The notes under the pieces: model-generated
Database searches by the model: none
Told to the model about the DNA's origin: nothing
What the model saw: only the letters and a program-made list of their open reading frames with translations
Position numbers and translations under genes: made by a program
DNA from: Marsupella aquatica
Taxonomy: Eukaryota > Plantae > Marchantiophyta
Direction of reading: 5' to 3'
Assembly: GCA_973895155.1 (NCBI GenBank)
Contig: OZ316898.1
Location: 19,169,292 to 19,233,291 of the forward strand
DNA length: 64,000 nt
In this document: positions 24,301-35,576 of the stretch, piece after piece
Layout of the letters: every line of letters starts with the position of its first letter
Position numbering within the stretch: position 1 is the first letter of the stretch

Positions 24301-25126
24301 CTAGTAGAAGCGGCGCTTACCGGCTTCATGGCAGTACTATTGAATAGGGTTTATAAAGGAAATCTTGAATTTCAGATCCTTTTGGTGGATTAATTTATTA
24401 TTAATTCCTGTTCATATATCTTGCTCCTTTTTATACTATGGTGGATCTGTACCTCCGCTGTTGACATGTTCTTGACTATTTATTTGCTTTGTGCAGGTAC
24501 TCCGTGATTTAATTGGAGGGCACATGGAAGAGATTGTTGAGGCTGGGGGTATTGGTTGTCTCTTGAAGCACACAGGTGGGGTAGCACTGTCAGCTCAGGC
24601 TGGTGGGGACAGCTCCCAACTCCAAAACCCTCTGAACCCACCTGACGCTGAAGCTCCTCCTTCTTCCCTCAGAAGTGATCCAGTGAATGTCAATGCAATG
24701 GACAAGAGAGGCAACTGGAATGGTCCTCCTAGGAGCCGACCGGGCAGTCGAGATCGTCACTCCAGTGAACAGATTAGGTCCAGAACTGCTGAACTATCTG
24801 TCATTGACCCTGGTGCTGGTTCTCAAGACAACAAAGGTTCGGATGATGACAAAGAAAGCAAGTACAGAAGTGATGCTTTACGTGGGAAATTCAACAAACA
24901 CAACTCTCACCACGGTTCTTATGCAAGTAGGGATAACCAGAGTGCTCATTCCAGATCCGAGAGAGATGATGGAAATGACTCCAAAAGTTCTTGGGGGGAT
25001 AGCAGTGCGGACCATAGTACGAAAAACTTTGGAAGGGATCGGAGCCGTAGTCAAAGATATAGTGAGAGTCGGGAAGGTTCAAATGAGGGCGATGGCTATG
25101 AGAGGCGACAAAGTACAGAGTATTAG
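21387..25126 (+). CDS. SNRNP48: U11/U12 small nuclear ribonucleoprotein 48 kDa protein (~1000 aa)
   Basis: Exons 21387-23536, 23768-23882, 24089-24196 and 24497-25126, all GT-AG and phase-consistent (3003 nt). CHHC Zn finger CPHNPTHRVSPKVLFKHFLCC, conserved LAEERDYKRRRMSYRGK and VLRDLI, Pro-rich N-terminus, RS/RD-rich C-terminus. Confidence 0.92.
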
Positions 25127-25627
25127 GGGAAGTCCAGGAGTAGCCACTTAGAACAGCTGCCATCTTAGCAATGTCTCAACTCGCGGGTGGTGTTACATTT
25201 TTCAAAGCTACTTTCACGTATCGTACATTCGCTTGGGAAGGTGATGACAGTGGTAGGAAGGATTTGAACTCATGAAGAAAGTTGGATGGCGTTCATGCAG
25301 TGATCCAACGTTCAGTTAAGGTGGGGTTTCTTTTGAAACTAAGTGAACCCTTTTCCCTAAATATGGAACGAATCTGTTCTCATCTCACCAACTCCTGTCT
25401 ACAATGCTTCCTTTCTTTTCTTGGAAATTACATTTTTCTAAGTAGTCTTGCTTTTGTTTTTCTTTTCTGTTTCGTTGCTGTTGATTACAAGCACCTGTGC
25501 TCAATTCGGCATTAGTGCGGAATCAGTGACTTCCTTATCACTTCTTACCAAATTCTCATTTGTTACCATTCAGTTGGCTGCAGCAGTATTTGCCCTTCTC
25601 TGGAGATTTCCAACAATGCGTTGTTTT

Positions 25628-25647
25628 GTATCCTTGTCCATATCCTT
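25628..25647 (+). promoter_or_regulatory. Tandem U12-type 5' splice-site motifs (USSE-like element) in the SNRNP48 3' UTR
   Basis: GTATCCTT-gtcc-ATATCCTT, two perfect RTATCCTT matches, 54 nt downstream of a polypyrimidine/CAG acceptor (25571-25573). Confidence 0.8.
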
Positions 25648-27205
25648 CCCGCTTTCCTCAAAGAGGAAGATAATGTAGCAGTTTTGACGAAGCACGTTTC
25701 TTTGCTCTTGCTTGCTGCATTTGAACCCCCAATTAGTTATGGAACAATTAGGACGGGTGGAAATTTTGACCACAATTTTGACTTGCATGTGTGATTTATT
25801 TTCCAATGTCTTTATAAATTGTTGTGTTTGAAATCACAGTTTTCTAGGACTAAAGATATATGAGAACTAGAGTACTCTGTGCATGTTCCATCGTCCCAGT
25901 CATTCCCGATCTGCACGTGGGATGATATGGAACCTTTGCCTTCACATTTTGACTCGCATATGATCTAACGATGACCATGACGTCTAGGGAGAAAAACTGT
26001 GGGCTGCAGATGTTTTTTACTTTCGGGCAAAAGTGGAGACGTGTAGTGGATAGCACTAACATTTGCAGGGCTCAATTTCATTCAGAAAACTTGGAGCTAA
26101 CGAGTCAATTTGGGCGACAGTAAGATTGCTGCAGGGTAATGCTATGTGATAGATGTCTTGGAGCTTTGAAGCTGTTGTTGTTTAGCAGTAACATATAACA
26201 AGGAAAAATTGATCCTGTGGCGAAGAACGGAATGTTCTGACATGTTGGGATGTAGCATTCTTTGCGTCCCATTCAGCTTGAATATGTATGGGTTCAGAAT
26301 TCACGGTAACTGTGGGTCCGGCTTTTAAAGTTCACGAGAATGAGTTATTATTTATTTAGAGAATCCATTTTTTCTTGGTTGAATCAACAAGAGAGTTGTT
26401 GATGCAATTGTTAGAGAATTGTTTGTTTTGAACATTTACCTTGTATAATCTCCTGCTTATTCGGGTTAAGTTGACTACAGATATGTTTCCAGGCGGAGGA
26501 AATGTGGGCTAACAAGTGCTCTCGAGCCAATCTGTTCTTCGTTTGTGTTTCTGTTTCCCTGTAAAGTAGCTTTCAATAAACTTTAGCAAGCTCCAATCCT
26601 ATGCTATTTGTGTGTAGTCTGAGCCTTATCCGTTAGAAAATGAAGTTTTGTTACCTTCGAATTGAATTGCAGATGAATCTCGATAGTTGCCTTCGAACAA
26701 GAACTGCAGTTACATATAACAAATCAATGTACATAATCGTCCCCTCAATACATATCTCTGTCAGCGAAATGTACAAAATGACAGCAGGCCCAAGAGTAGT
26801 CTGCGTAGGACTTGTTTAAGTACATAATTATCAGCTTACTGGTACAAATTCTTCTTATGGTCTACAGCAATGAGTTTCTCAAATTTCGGACCTGGAAACT
26901 ATCAACCTATTGCCTGTTCGAGCTGGAAACAAAGACCATGCAGAAATCCAGCATGATTGTTTCCTTGCAGTGCACTCCCTGTTCCAAACTTTGGGGTGCC
27001 CAATTGTTCCGAATCTTGGCAGATTCTACGGTGACAAGCTGGTTTGGCAAAATTATCAAGTAGAAACACACTCAATTCATACATGTTATAGAAGCAATGA
27101 TGTTAGTGAAACTTACACACGAACCACTTGAAACAGCTTCAAAGTCCATGGCCAAATGTCGCCATTGGTACACTAGGGAAGAGAACCGATCAGTAAGTAT
27201 AGTAC

Positions 27206-29487
27206 CTGGAGACGAGCTGTTAAACGCATTAAACCAGTACACCTTCGAAGCTGAGAACGGAAATATGCCACAACGTGCCCCATTTCCCAGGAGCTGAAGG
27301 CCAGAAATACCAAAATCGTGTCCCTCGGAGTACTCTGCAACTCCACGAATTCCAATTTGCCCAACAAAGCGAGCCGGTGGGAACCCCATCCATTTTGCTA
27401 CCACTGAATTTGCCCCATCACAACCCACCAAGACCTGCATACAATGTTCTCAAAGTAGGACATTAATGCTTAAGCCTCATACAACAATTCTTAGTCTACG
27501 TGTACACAGTACGAGCTCTCCTTCCCCAAAAGCCTTGCATTGACAATTCCTTCTTACATCATTCATACTCCGCTTCAGAAAAAAGAGTATTGAGGAAAAT
27601 TTAGGAATGAAAATCAGCCATCCAACTCAGAGTGGTCCCGCTTATTCGTAATATGACCTTAACACAATTTTAGCTAAGGTTTGCCTTCCCAAAGTTACAA
27701 GAGTTGTGCACATGTGATGTACTGCTGAGCCATAATGTTCAAGGAAAGATTGTCAAATAAGACAAGCGTAGCTCTCCCTCTATTACACACCTTGGTGGAT
27801 ATGACGGACCCATCCTCAAGTTCCACCTTCGTCAACCCGTCTCCGGCTTCCTTACTAATGGCACACACTCTTGAATTGAGCTGCAGTGTCCCTGGTGGCA
27901 GGGTTTAGAGAGCTTCCACTAAGGCTTTGCGCTCTACTCCGCGTACCTCATGTGGCCTGCGAGAGAATCGGTGGAATGAGGCAGCGCCATTGAGCTCCAG
28001 TCATACAACCCATTGTTTCTCTTCGAACTGGACGTACTATCTGTTGGTCCCGATTGTCAATCTCAGTCTCACAATACTTGAGTTGGTTCCTTCAGTTAGC
28101 TCTGCTCTGCTCTGAATAACTATCTCCCTTTGCTCATTCCGTAGCACTAACTCAATTGATTCTCATATCCAGGACTAGAATACAGTTTACCACAGCCGTT
28201 TGCTTCACAACCGGAGCGAAAAAGTATCATCAGATGTAGAGGAAGGTTGCAGGTTGTGAAAGTTACCTACCCTCCTGCACACTCCCTGAATTTAAGTTTT
28301 GTTAGCAATTTTTTTCCAGAACGGTCGTACAAGTCCATCCTGCACGCATCCAGTATCCAAGTCTGACAATCAATGGTCAAGACTTACACAACAGTCAAAG
28401 AGGTTCTAACCCAGATACCCAATTGTCCCAAAAACTCGCAAACCAGCCGCATCTCTCAATCAGCTATAGAAGGTTTGATGCTCACAGTCAGTAGGTCAAA
28501 CAAGAGACAAAACTATAGTCATAGCTCACTCGGTACAAATTCAAGGCGAAGCAGTCTCCCCTGTTCCTAGATTGGATTGAATGAGATGTCTTTAACGTCG
28601 CCTAAGGTAAAATCATGCCCGAATTGAAAGGAACTCAGACGGCACAGGTCCTCAAACTAGGGAAGAATTGGGTCTCTTACTCATCAACTTGTACGTGGGT
28701 TTCTCGGAGGACATCGGCAACCCCCAAATAGTCTAGAGCCCGCCAAGCATTCCCCCAGAGAAACAGAGAGGCACCTGAGGCTCTGATGGATGGAGCTCGT
28801 TCCAGCACAAGAACCTTGACCCCAACCCTGCGCTCAAATCATCAACGAAACACAGGTGACACAATTTCCAGGTGAACAAATTCCACATCGGCCTTGACAC
28901 GATCTGTACCAATGCACGCAATATGCCAGATTATTCCTCTCCAGTAACGGCGAGTTTCCTCGCTAATTTGAATTGAGTTCACAATTCAAGGATCCCCTGT
29001 GGTCCAAGACTGTGTTCTACGACATTCAATTCAACAGAATTAACCCAAGTGTGCAGAAATCGTCCAATTTCTATTAATTGTTCCCCTGCCTCAGTGGAAA
29101 TGGAGCTTCTAGCCAGTATGGCCGCAGAATCAGTACCGACCTGTGAAGAGCAACGGCAGCAGAAAGACCTGCAATGCCACCACCCACGACGACAACCGTG
29201 TGAACCAAATTTTCAGCCTCAGCGCTTTCCACTTGAGGAGCTTCCACATCAGAAACTGTCTGGCTCCTCGCCACCGCGACTCCATGCCTCCGTCTCCTGA
29301 CCATTCTGCGTGAGAATCCTTCCTGAGCCTGAGTCACCGCATGTGCACTCGACGAAAGACTTCCTATTGCACTAAGCATATTGAATGTCGCGTGCACTGG
29401 TGATCCGCTTACATTCCGATCGTGTGGCACAGCCAGATCACAATGCAAGACTGCCGACGCCAGGGACGTCGTCGTCAGGGCGGCCAT
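27206..29487 (-). CDS. FAD-dependent monooxygenase (CTF2/monooxygenase-2-like, probable plastid transit peptide), apparently 3'-truncated
   Basis: Exons 29487-29141, 28827-28681, 28339-28271, 27956-27791 and 27434-27206 are phase-consistent. Motifs VVVGGGIAGL, WGNAWRAL, EVRGVERKAL and VGCDGANS (DG motif). No downstream exon with the GD(A)xHP motif was found. Confidence 0.85.
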
Positions 29488-30519
29488 GGTGGACACGACT
29501 ATCCAGAGGCGACAACAACAACGTTGTGCAATGTAACAGAGCTTATTGTAAGAAGATTTGCCTGAGCTGACCCTGAAATGATGCCAACCAGTGCTGTCCA
29601 AAGCTAAATGTACACCGTAAAAACTGCGTACTACAGTTTTTGTGAATTTCTCAGTAGATGAGCAGGGTCACCTGTCAGCTCCAATTGTTCCAGAACTGCT
29701 AAGCTTGAAGCAAGACTTTTCGTGACCACACTGGGTATATCTATAATTGAGTGAGTTGGTACTTTTATGCAATTTTGGTACAAGCCCTCTAGATCTCCCG
29801 AAGCCAACGGTAAATTGAAGTGAGCTGGTAAGCTTTTGGATACGTGTTGATTTCGAGCTCTGAAACATGGTAATGGGGATGTGTTTCATCGCTTCACATT
29901 GGCCATTGAAATAATGGACCCCGTGAGGTTCCCTTCGCCGGATCAGCCGTGAATACAACAGTACTCTTCTCTCTTCTCTGGTCATTTTTCTCGTTTTGGA
30001 TTTGTAGAGGAAAGAAACCCTCTGTTGAAAGCTCTGTTCAGGTCGCAGTGTCTTCTTCAAAACAAATTCTCATCATCTACAGTGCACCAGCAATCGGGAT
30101 GGACGCAAACAGGCTTCAAATTCTCTATCCAGAATGACTGGTGCTGTTTGTTGTGATGGCTGTGGCCCATTTCACGTGCATAGCACAGGCATGGCGTGCT
30201 GATTCATTCTATTGGAGACGTATTCCCCACTCATGATCACAGATCTTTCTGGTACAAGCGTCGTGTACATCTCAAGCTTCGTCATTCAGACAGTGTCGTT
30301 TGCGAAAGGGAAATGTTGCCAACTAAGAGGAGCATAATCCTTCATGACAGATTTTTCTGGTGAAGTTGTCATTTGCATCTCCAGCTTCGCACAACGAATC
30401 ATTCAGGTAGTGTCATTTTTGGAAGGAAATTAGTGGTGCCAAGGGGCGCGAATCCGGTTGAAATTACCATGACTCACCACTGTTTCCTACGAGGCATGCA
30501 ATGCGCAGGCAGCATATGA

Positions 30520-31032
30520 AGAAGTTCTTTGCCTTCATGCTTTTGACGCATCGCAACATCCCTGTCACTTTGAAGAACTCACAATCTTACTAATTACTAA
30601 TAAAGTGCAAAGCAACGTACTTTTTGAGGGCTATTACTAATAAAGTGCAAATGCAACTTATTTTGGAGGGCTAGTGTGTATAGTGAAGACTCTAGACAAT
30701 AACTCTCAAGTATTCTTTATTATCATTTAGGACTAACCTCAAGAGAAGCTCTTTGCCTTCATGCTTTTGACACATCTCAACATCTTTTGACGCATGGCAA
30801 CATCCCAGTCACTTCGAAGAACTCACAATCTTACTATTACTAATAAAGTGCAAAGCAACGTACTTTTGAGGGCTATTACTAATAAAGTGCAAAGCAACGT
30901 ACTTTTGAGGGCTATTACTAATAAAGTGCAATGCAACTTATTTTTGAGGGTTACCGGTAGTGTGTAGAGTGAAGACTCTAGAGAATAACTCTCAAAAGTA
31001 TTCTTTATTATCATTTAGGACGAACCTCAAGA
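30520..31032. repeat. Tandem duplication (~250 bp) with internal 42-bp repeats
   Basis: CTTTGCCTTCATGCTTTTGAC... occurs twice and ATTACTAATAAAGTGCAA five times. Confidence 0.9.
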
Positions 31033-33587
31033 TCCATGCTAATCAGCATTGATTAGCCCTGTACTTGCTACCCAATTTCCTGACGTTCGGTATCATCTAC
31101 CTATCTACCCGGCCCCACCGTGAATCTATCTGGACACCAGCTATCCTCAGGCTGGATGGTAGAGGAGCTCAATGGGATGAGGTGGATGGTATAGGAGCTC
31201 AATGGGATGAGGGGGGGGGGGGTGTTCACCATAAAATCCTTGTAGTGATAAATTCTTTTGTCATTCACCCCACCCAAAAGTGGGGATCAGTTACCTCTAG
31301 TCACACTTAGAAAAAGTGTGAATAATGGAAAAACAATGGGGCAGCAGGTGGCAAAAGTGAAGAGTATGACAAGCTCATTATGAACCTCGAAGTTGTCTTG
31401 AGTTTACAATCGGGGTGTCTATTTACGTTCAATGACTTGGGGGAGACTAATCACTCTCAATATAAAGGACAAAACAAGATTGTCTCTATTTATGTTCAAT
31501 GACTGAGAGGGCAATGATCAAATAGGGGAGAGGGCAATGATCAAATAGGGGTAGGGGTGAAAATGGGAATGGGGGTGGAGGAGTGCCGGGAGTTCAGCAT
31601 TTGAAAGAAGGGCCGCCAGTGAGAAGAGTCGGTAGAGTAGGGTCCGCATGTGAAGAGAGTCAATGGATTATGGAGGCAGTTTGTGACAAGGTCAGTTGTG
31701 TCATTGAGGTAGAGGGCTATGGTGAAGCGGCCAACTCTTCTTCATTTAGTTGAAGAAGCTTTGGTCAGCTGCTGTCATTGAGGGTTGACACTTTTTTACC
31801 CTCATCTCTATTCACATTCAAAGTATGGATAGTCAGGGTAGTCTCTTAAACCACCAATGGTATACATATTTAGTGTCCAAGACCTCCCCCTTTTCACACA
31901 TTCCATTCACTTCTCTCAATCTCTTAATCCACTTTTGGCCATATATATAAGGGGGAAGTGTCCAAGCTCTCCCCCTTGTTCCACATTCCAACACTTTTTC
32001 CCTCTACTATGCCACTTTGAATCACTATTTCAGGAAAAAGATTCTTTTAATTAATGGTAGCTAGGGTAACCTGTAGCTTTCAAAGGGGACAGGTGTGGTT
32101 TGCAGGGGCGCAAATCCGGTTGAAACTCCATCATCAATTTTTAAAAATGGACATTCTGAGCAGAGGAGGTGGAGTGGCTGGCCATGTAGCAGGGCATTCA
32201 CTTGTTGCAGCGTAGCAAATTATACGTGTCTATGTTCGGACCTGCTAGCCTTCATCATCAAACACTAGTATGATAAGTTATCCTGCCCTAGAGTTCTAAG
32301 CAGTCTGTTTAAAAACTTGAAAAATTAGGGAACACCACAACATGGTCAATGTATTTCATGGTTTTTGATACCTGTGGATTGAATCAAAATGTGCCCAAGG
32401 AACATACTTGCCTTTACAATAAGTAGCACAAGGTACTCACAACAACTAATTTATTGACTACAGCTAATATAGTACTTGACATTATAGTACTTTACATGGA
32501 ATTTTTTTGCTATTTACTTTTTGAACCATTGGTTTAAAGTTTTCTTCCATTTCTTCTCTTTGTAAATCATGTTGAAGGGAAGAAAATGGTGGGGAGAGGA
32601 GGCAGTTGGGTGCAAGGGATCAAGAGTAAAAAGAGATGAAGGGAGGGCGCGAGGAAAGGAGAAAGGAAGAAGGGAAAAAGGAAAAAAAAAAACCTCTCCC
32701 TCAGTATAGCACATAGCAATCATGTCCGGACCACATGCATTTCTTTGTCTTGCTTAATTCCCTTTCCTCACTTGCATTTCTAGATTTAGTGTACATTTTC
32801 TTGCTTTGTCTTAACATCTTTGCCACGCCTTGACATCTTTATCTTACCCCAATTTCTTCTTTGCAATGCTAGTTACTTGAAAAGCTCTGTACATAGGATC
32901 CATAGCAGCAACAATAGTCAAATCATTCTTATGACAAAAAATAAAACTTTCTTCAACCACACCTGCCATATAAAAGCCTCATTCTCTCCTTTATCACTTC
33001 ACATTCCTATCCTGTGGTGAAGAGTGTCTCACTATAAAAAGCCGAGCACTTGCCAATAAAAGATTATGCACTCATCACCTTGTGAAATTCAATTCCATTC
33101 CTGAAACTCTAAACTTTATAATGAGAGCTCCAGGTAAACTGTAACAGCTCTCTATAGATGCACGGGTGGTCTCAATATAATGAATATATGATTCTCCACA
33201 AGGATGCTACAAATTTGTCACTGTAATTATTATAAAATTTTAGATGGAATTTCCAGTAATTAATTATTTTCCCAAACTAACCTCCGCGAAATTGAACCTC
33301 CCTACGGTGCAGTCAGGATATCGACACCGATGGAACGGTGCATGGATGCACAGTCAGTGTCCATAACCACCGTCGAGTCCTTTCTTGTGAGTTAACCCTC
33401 TCCATGGTTTATGAATAGGGTTTACAGCAGAGCACAGAGAGAGAGAAACAGAGAGCGAGAGAGCTTCTTCCTTTTCTCGAAAGCCGGGGCTATGGTGGTG
33501 CGGAGCTCCTCGACTTCAAGCTCCGCAATCTGAAATCCTGCTCAGTTCATTGCAACTCAACTCAATGAGAAAGAATCGCATGTCATC

Positions 33588-35576
33588 ATGCCGATGATGC
33601 TGTCCGCGCGGAGTCTGAGTCCCGGATGCGCGACTTTGATAGATATGGCGACCATTCCGTATCGCCCTCCTCCTACGCCCCAATCCGGAGCGATTCGGAG
33701 GCCGAATCCGTCTGGCTCGCGATGTATGCAGCAAATTCCAAGTCCTTGGGGGCTCTCCGTGGGGCTGTCGACGAATTTCCCCCACCCGTCTCGATTTTTG
33801 GTGTCGGATTTGATGGGAGAGTCGCTTGATGGGCGAATTGGGGGTTTGAATGTTCTGAGGGTGCTGCGGATGGGCAGAGCTGAGGATGCGAATGGGAAGG
33901 GTGGAGCTGGGCAGGCAAGGGCAGCAGAAGGGGCGAGGAGAGAGAGCTCCGGGGCCGGACGGGAGCGTGGGCCTGGCGGACGCAGGATCAGGAGGACAGC
34001 AGAGGCGAAGAAGTATTACTTTTCCACAGAAACGGAGAATGAGAAGACGCCATCACGGTTCGGAGCTGAGTTTTTGCCTGGAGTTGTGGGAGTGGGAGCG
34101 GTTCTTGGAGCGGCGTTTGTTCTGTATAATATAATTAGGAAGCAAGGGGGGTCAGTGTCGTCGCTCAGCAGTGGTCTCCCGAGTTCTTTACCAGGAATTG
34201 GGGGCGACAGGAAGTTCCGTCGGGAGTCTACTGCCCGGCTAAATGAATTTGCACGAGAGCTACGGACTTTTCAGAAGGTGGATATGTCTGGGCGAAATTT
34301 TGGGGATGAGGGATTTTCGTTTTTGGCAGAAGGATTAGCGTTCAACATGTCTGCGGAGGAGGTGGACTTTTCAGCTAATAGTATCACAGCGATGGGCATT
34401 AAAGCTCTTACTCAGGTTTTACCAACTAACAGCTTCTTGAAGACTTTGAATCTCTCAGGGAACAACATAGGGGATGAAGGAGCCAAGGATATTGCTGCAA
34501 TGTTGGAGACAAACCAAGGCATAAAAAAATTAATGCTGAACAGTAACAACATTGGGGACGATGGTGCAAAAGCACTGGCTGAGTTGCTCAAGAAGAACAC
34601 AGTTATTACCGCCTTGGAGCTGAACAACAATGTCGTAGACTACTCTGGATTTGCTGCAATCTCAGAAGCTTTGAAAGTTAACAAGACTCTAAATTCTTTG
34701 CATCTGAATGGAAATTACGGTGGAGCTCTTGGAGCATCTGCTCTGGCCAAGGGGTTGGAAGGAAACAAGTCTGTTAGGGAATTGCATCTTCATGGCAATG
34801 AAATGGGAAATGAGGGTGTGCGCACTTTGATAGAAGGACTGATGGCTCACAAAGGTAAATTGGTCTCATTAGATCTCGGAAACAATAGCATTGGAGCCAA
34901 AGGAGCGTTTCATGTTGCAGAGTACATCAAGAAGAGCAAGAGCTTGCAATGGCTGAACCTTTACATGAATGACATAGGAGATCAGGGCGCAGAAAAGATT
35001 GCTGAAGCATTGAAACGGACTAAAACTTTGTCCACTCTAGACCTCGGAGGGAATAATATTGGTTCAATTGGAACTGGCCACATTGCAAATGCTCTGAAGG
35101 AGAATGTTTCCCTCACCACTTTGGAGTACAGCTACAACCCTATTCGGCCAGAAGGTGCCAAAGCGATCGCTGATAATATCAAATTTCATGGAAACATAGA
35201 AACCCTCAAGTTAGGCTGGTGCCAGATCGGTGTGAAAGGTGCGGAATATCTTGCCGAAGCTTTGCAATATAACTCTACTATCTCCACTCTGGACTTGAGA
35301 GCAAACGGTTTCGGTGACGACGGTGCAGTAGCATTTGCATCCAGCTTGAAAGTAGTGAATGAAACTCTGACATCACTTGATCTAGGTTTTAATGAGATCA
35401 GGGACAAGGGAGCGTTTGCCTTGGCACAGGCTCTGAAAGCAAATGGCGAGGCTGCTGTCAAGACCCTTAATTTGACAAGTAACTTCTTCACCAAATACGG
35501 GCAGGTAGCTTTGACAGAGGCGAAGGACCACATGAGTGAGATGAATGACGGCAAGGAGGTCAATATTTACTTCTAG
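33588..35576 (+). CDS. RNI-like leucine-rich-repeat protein (NLRC3-like LRRs; Arabidopsis EMB2004/At1g10510-like), predicted transit peptide and one TM helix, intronless
   Basis: 662-aa ORF with 28-residue RI-type LRRs (LxxLxLxxNxIGDxGAxxLAxAL), hydrophobic VVGVGAVLGAAFVLY and ELRTFQKVDMSGRNFGDEG. A GA-repeat promoter lies at ~33430-33465. Confidence 0.9.
   Translation: MPMMLSARSLSPGCATLIDMATIPYRPPPTPQSGAIRRPNPSGSRCMQQIPSPWGLSVGLSTNFPHPSRFLVSDLMGESLDGRIGGLNVLRVLRMGRAEDANGKGGAGQARAAEGARRESSGAGRERGPGGRRIRRTAEAKKYYFSTETENEKTPSRFGAEFLPGVVGVGAVLGAAFVLYNIIRKQGGSVSSLSSGLPSSLPGIGGDRKFRRESTARLNEFARELRTFQKVDMSGRNFGDEGFSFLAEGLAFNMSAEEVDFSANSITAMGIKALTQVLPTNSFLKTLNLSGNNIGDEGAKDIAAMLETNQGIKKLMLNSNNIGDDGAKALAELLKKNTVITALELNNNVVDYSGFAAISEALKVNKTLNSLHLNGNYGGALGASALAKGLEGNKSVRELHLHGNEMGNEGVRTLIEGLMAHKGKLVSLDLGNNSIGAKGAFHVAEYIKKSKSLQWLNLYMNDIGDQGAEKIAEALKRTKTLSTLDLGGNNIGSIGTGHIANALKENVSLTTLEYSYNPIRPEGAKAIADNIKFHGNIETLKLGWCQIGVKGAEYLAEALQYNSTISTLDLRANGFGDDGAVAFASSLKVVNETLTSLDLGFNEIRDKGAFALAQALKANGEAAVKTLNLTSNFFTKYGQVALTEAKDHMSEMNDGKEVNIYF

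Noticed and set aside
26995-27025. Peptide PIVPNLGR resembling the monooxygenase PMTPNLGQ motif
   Set aside because: It is on the opposite strand to the gene and has no flanking GD motif, so it is probably chance
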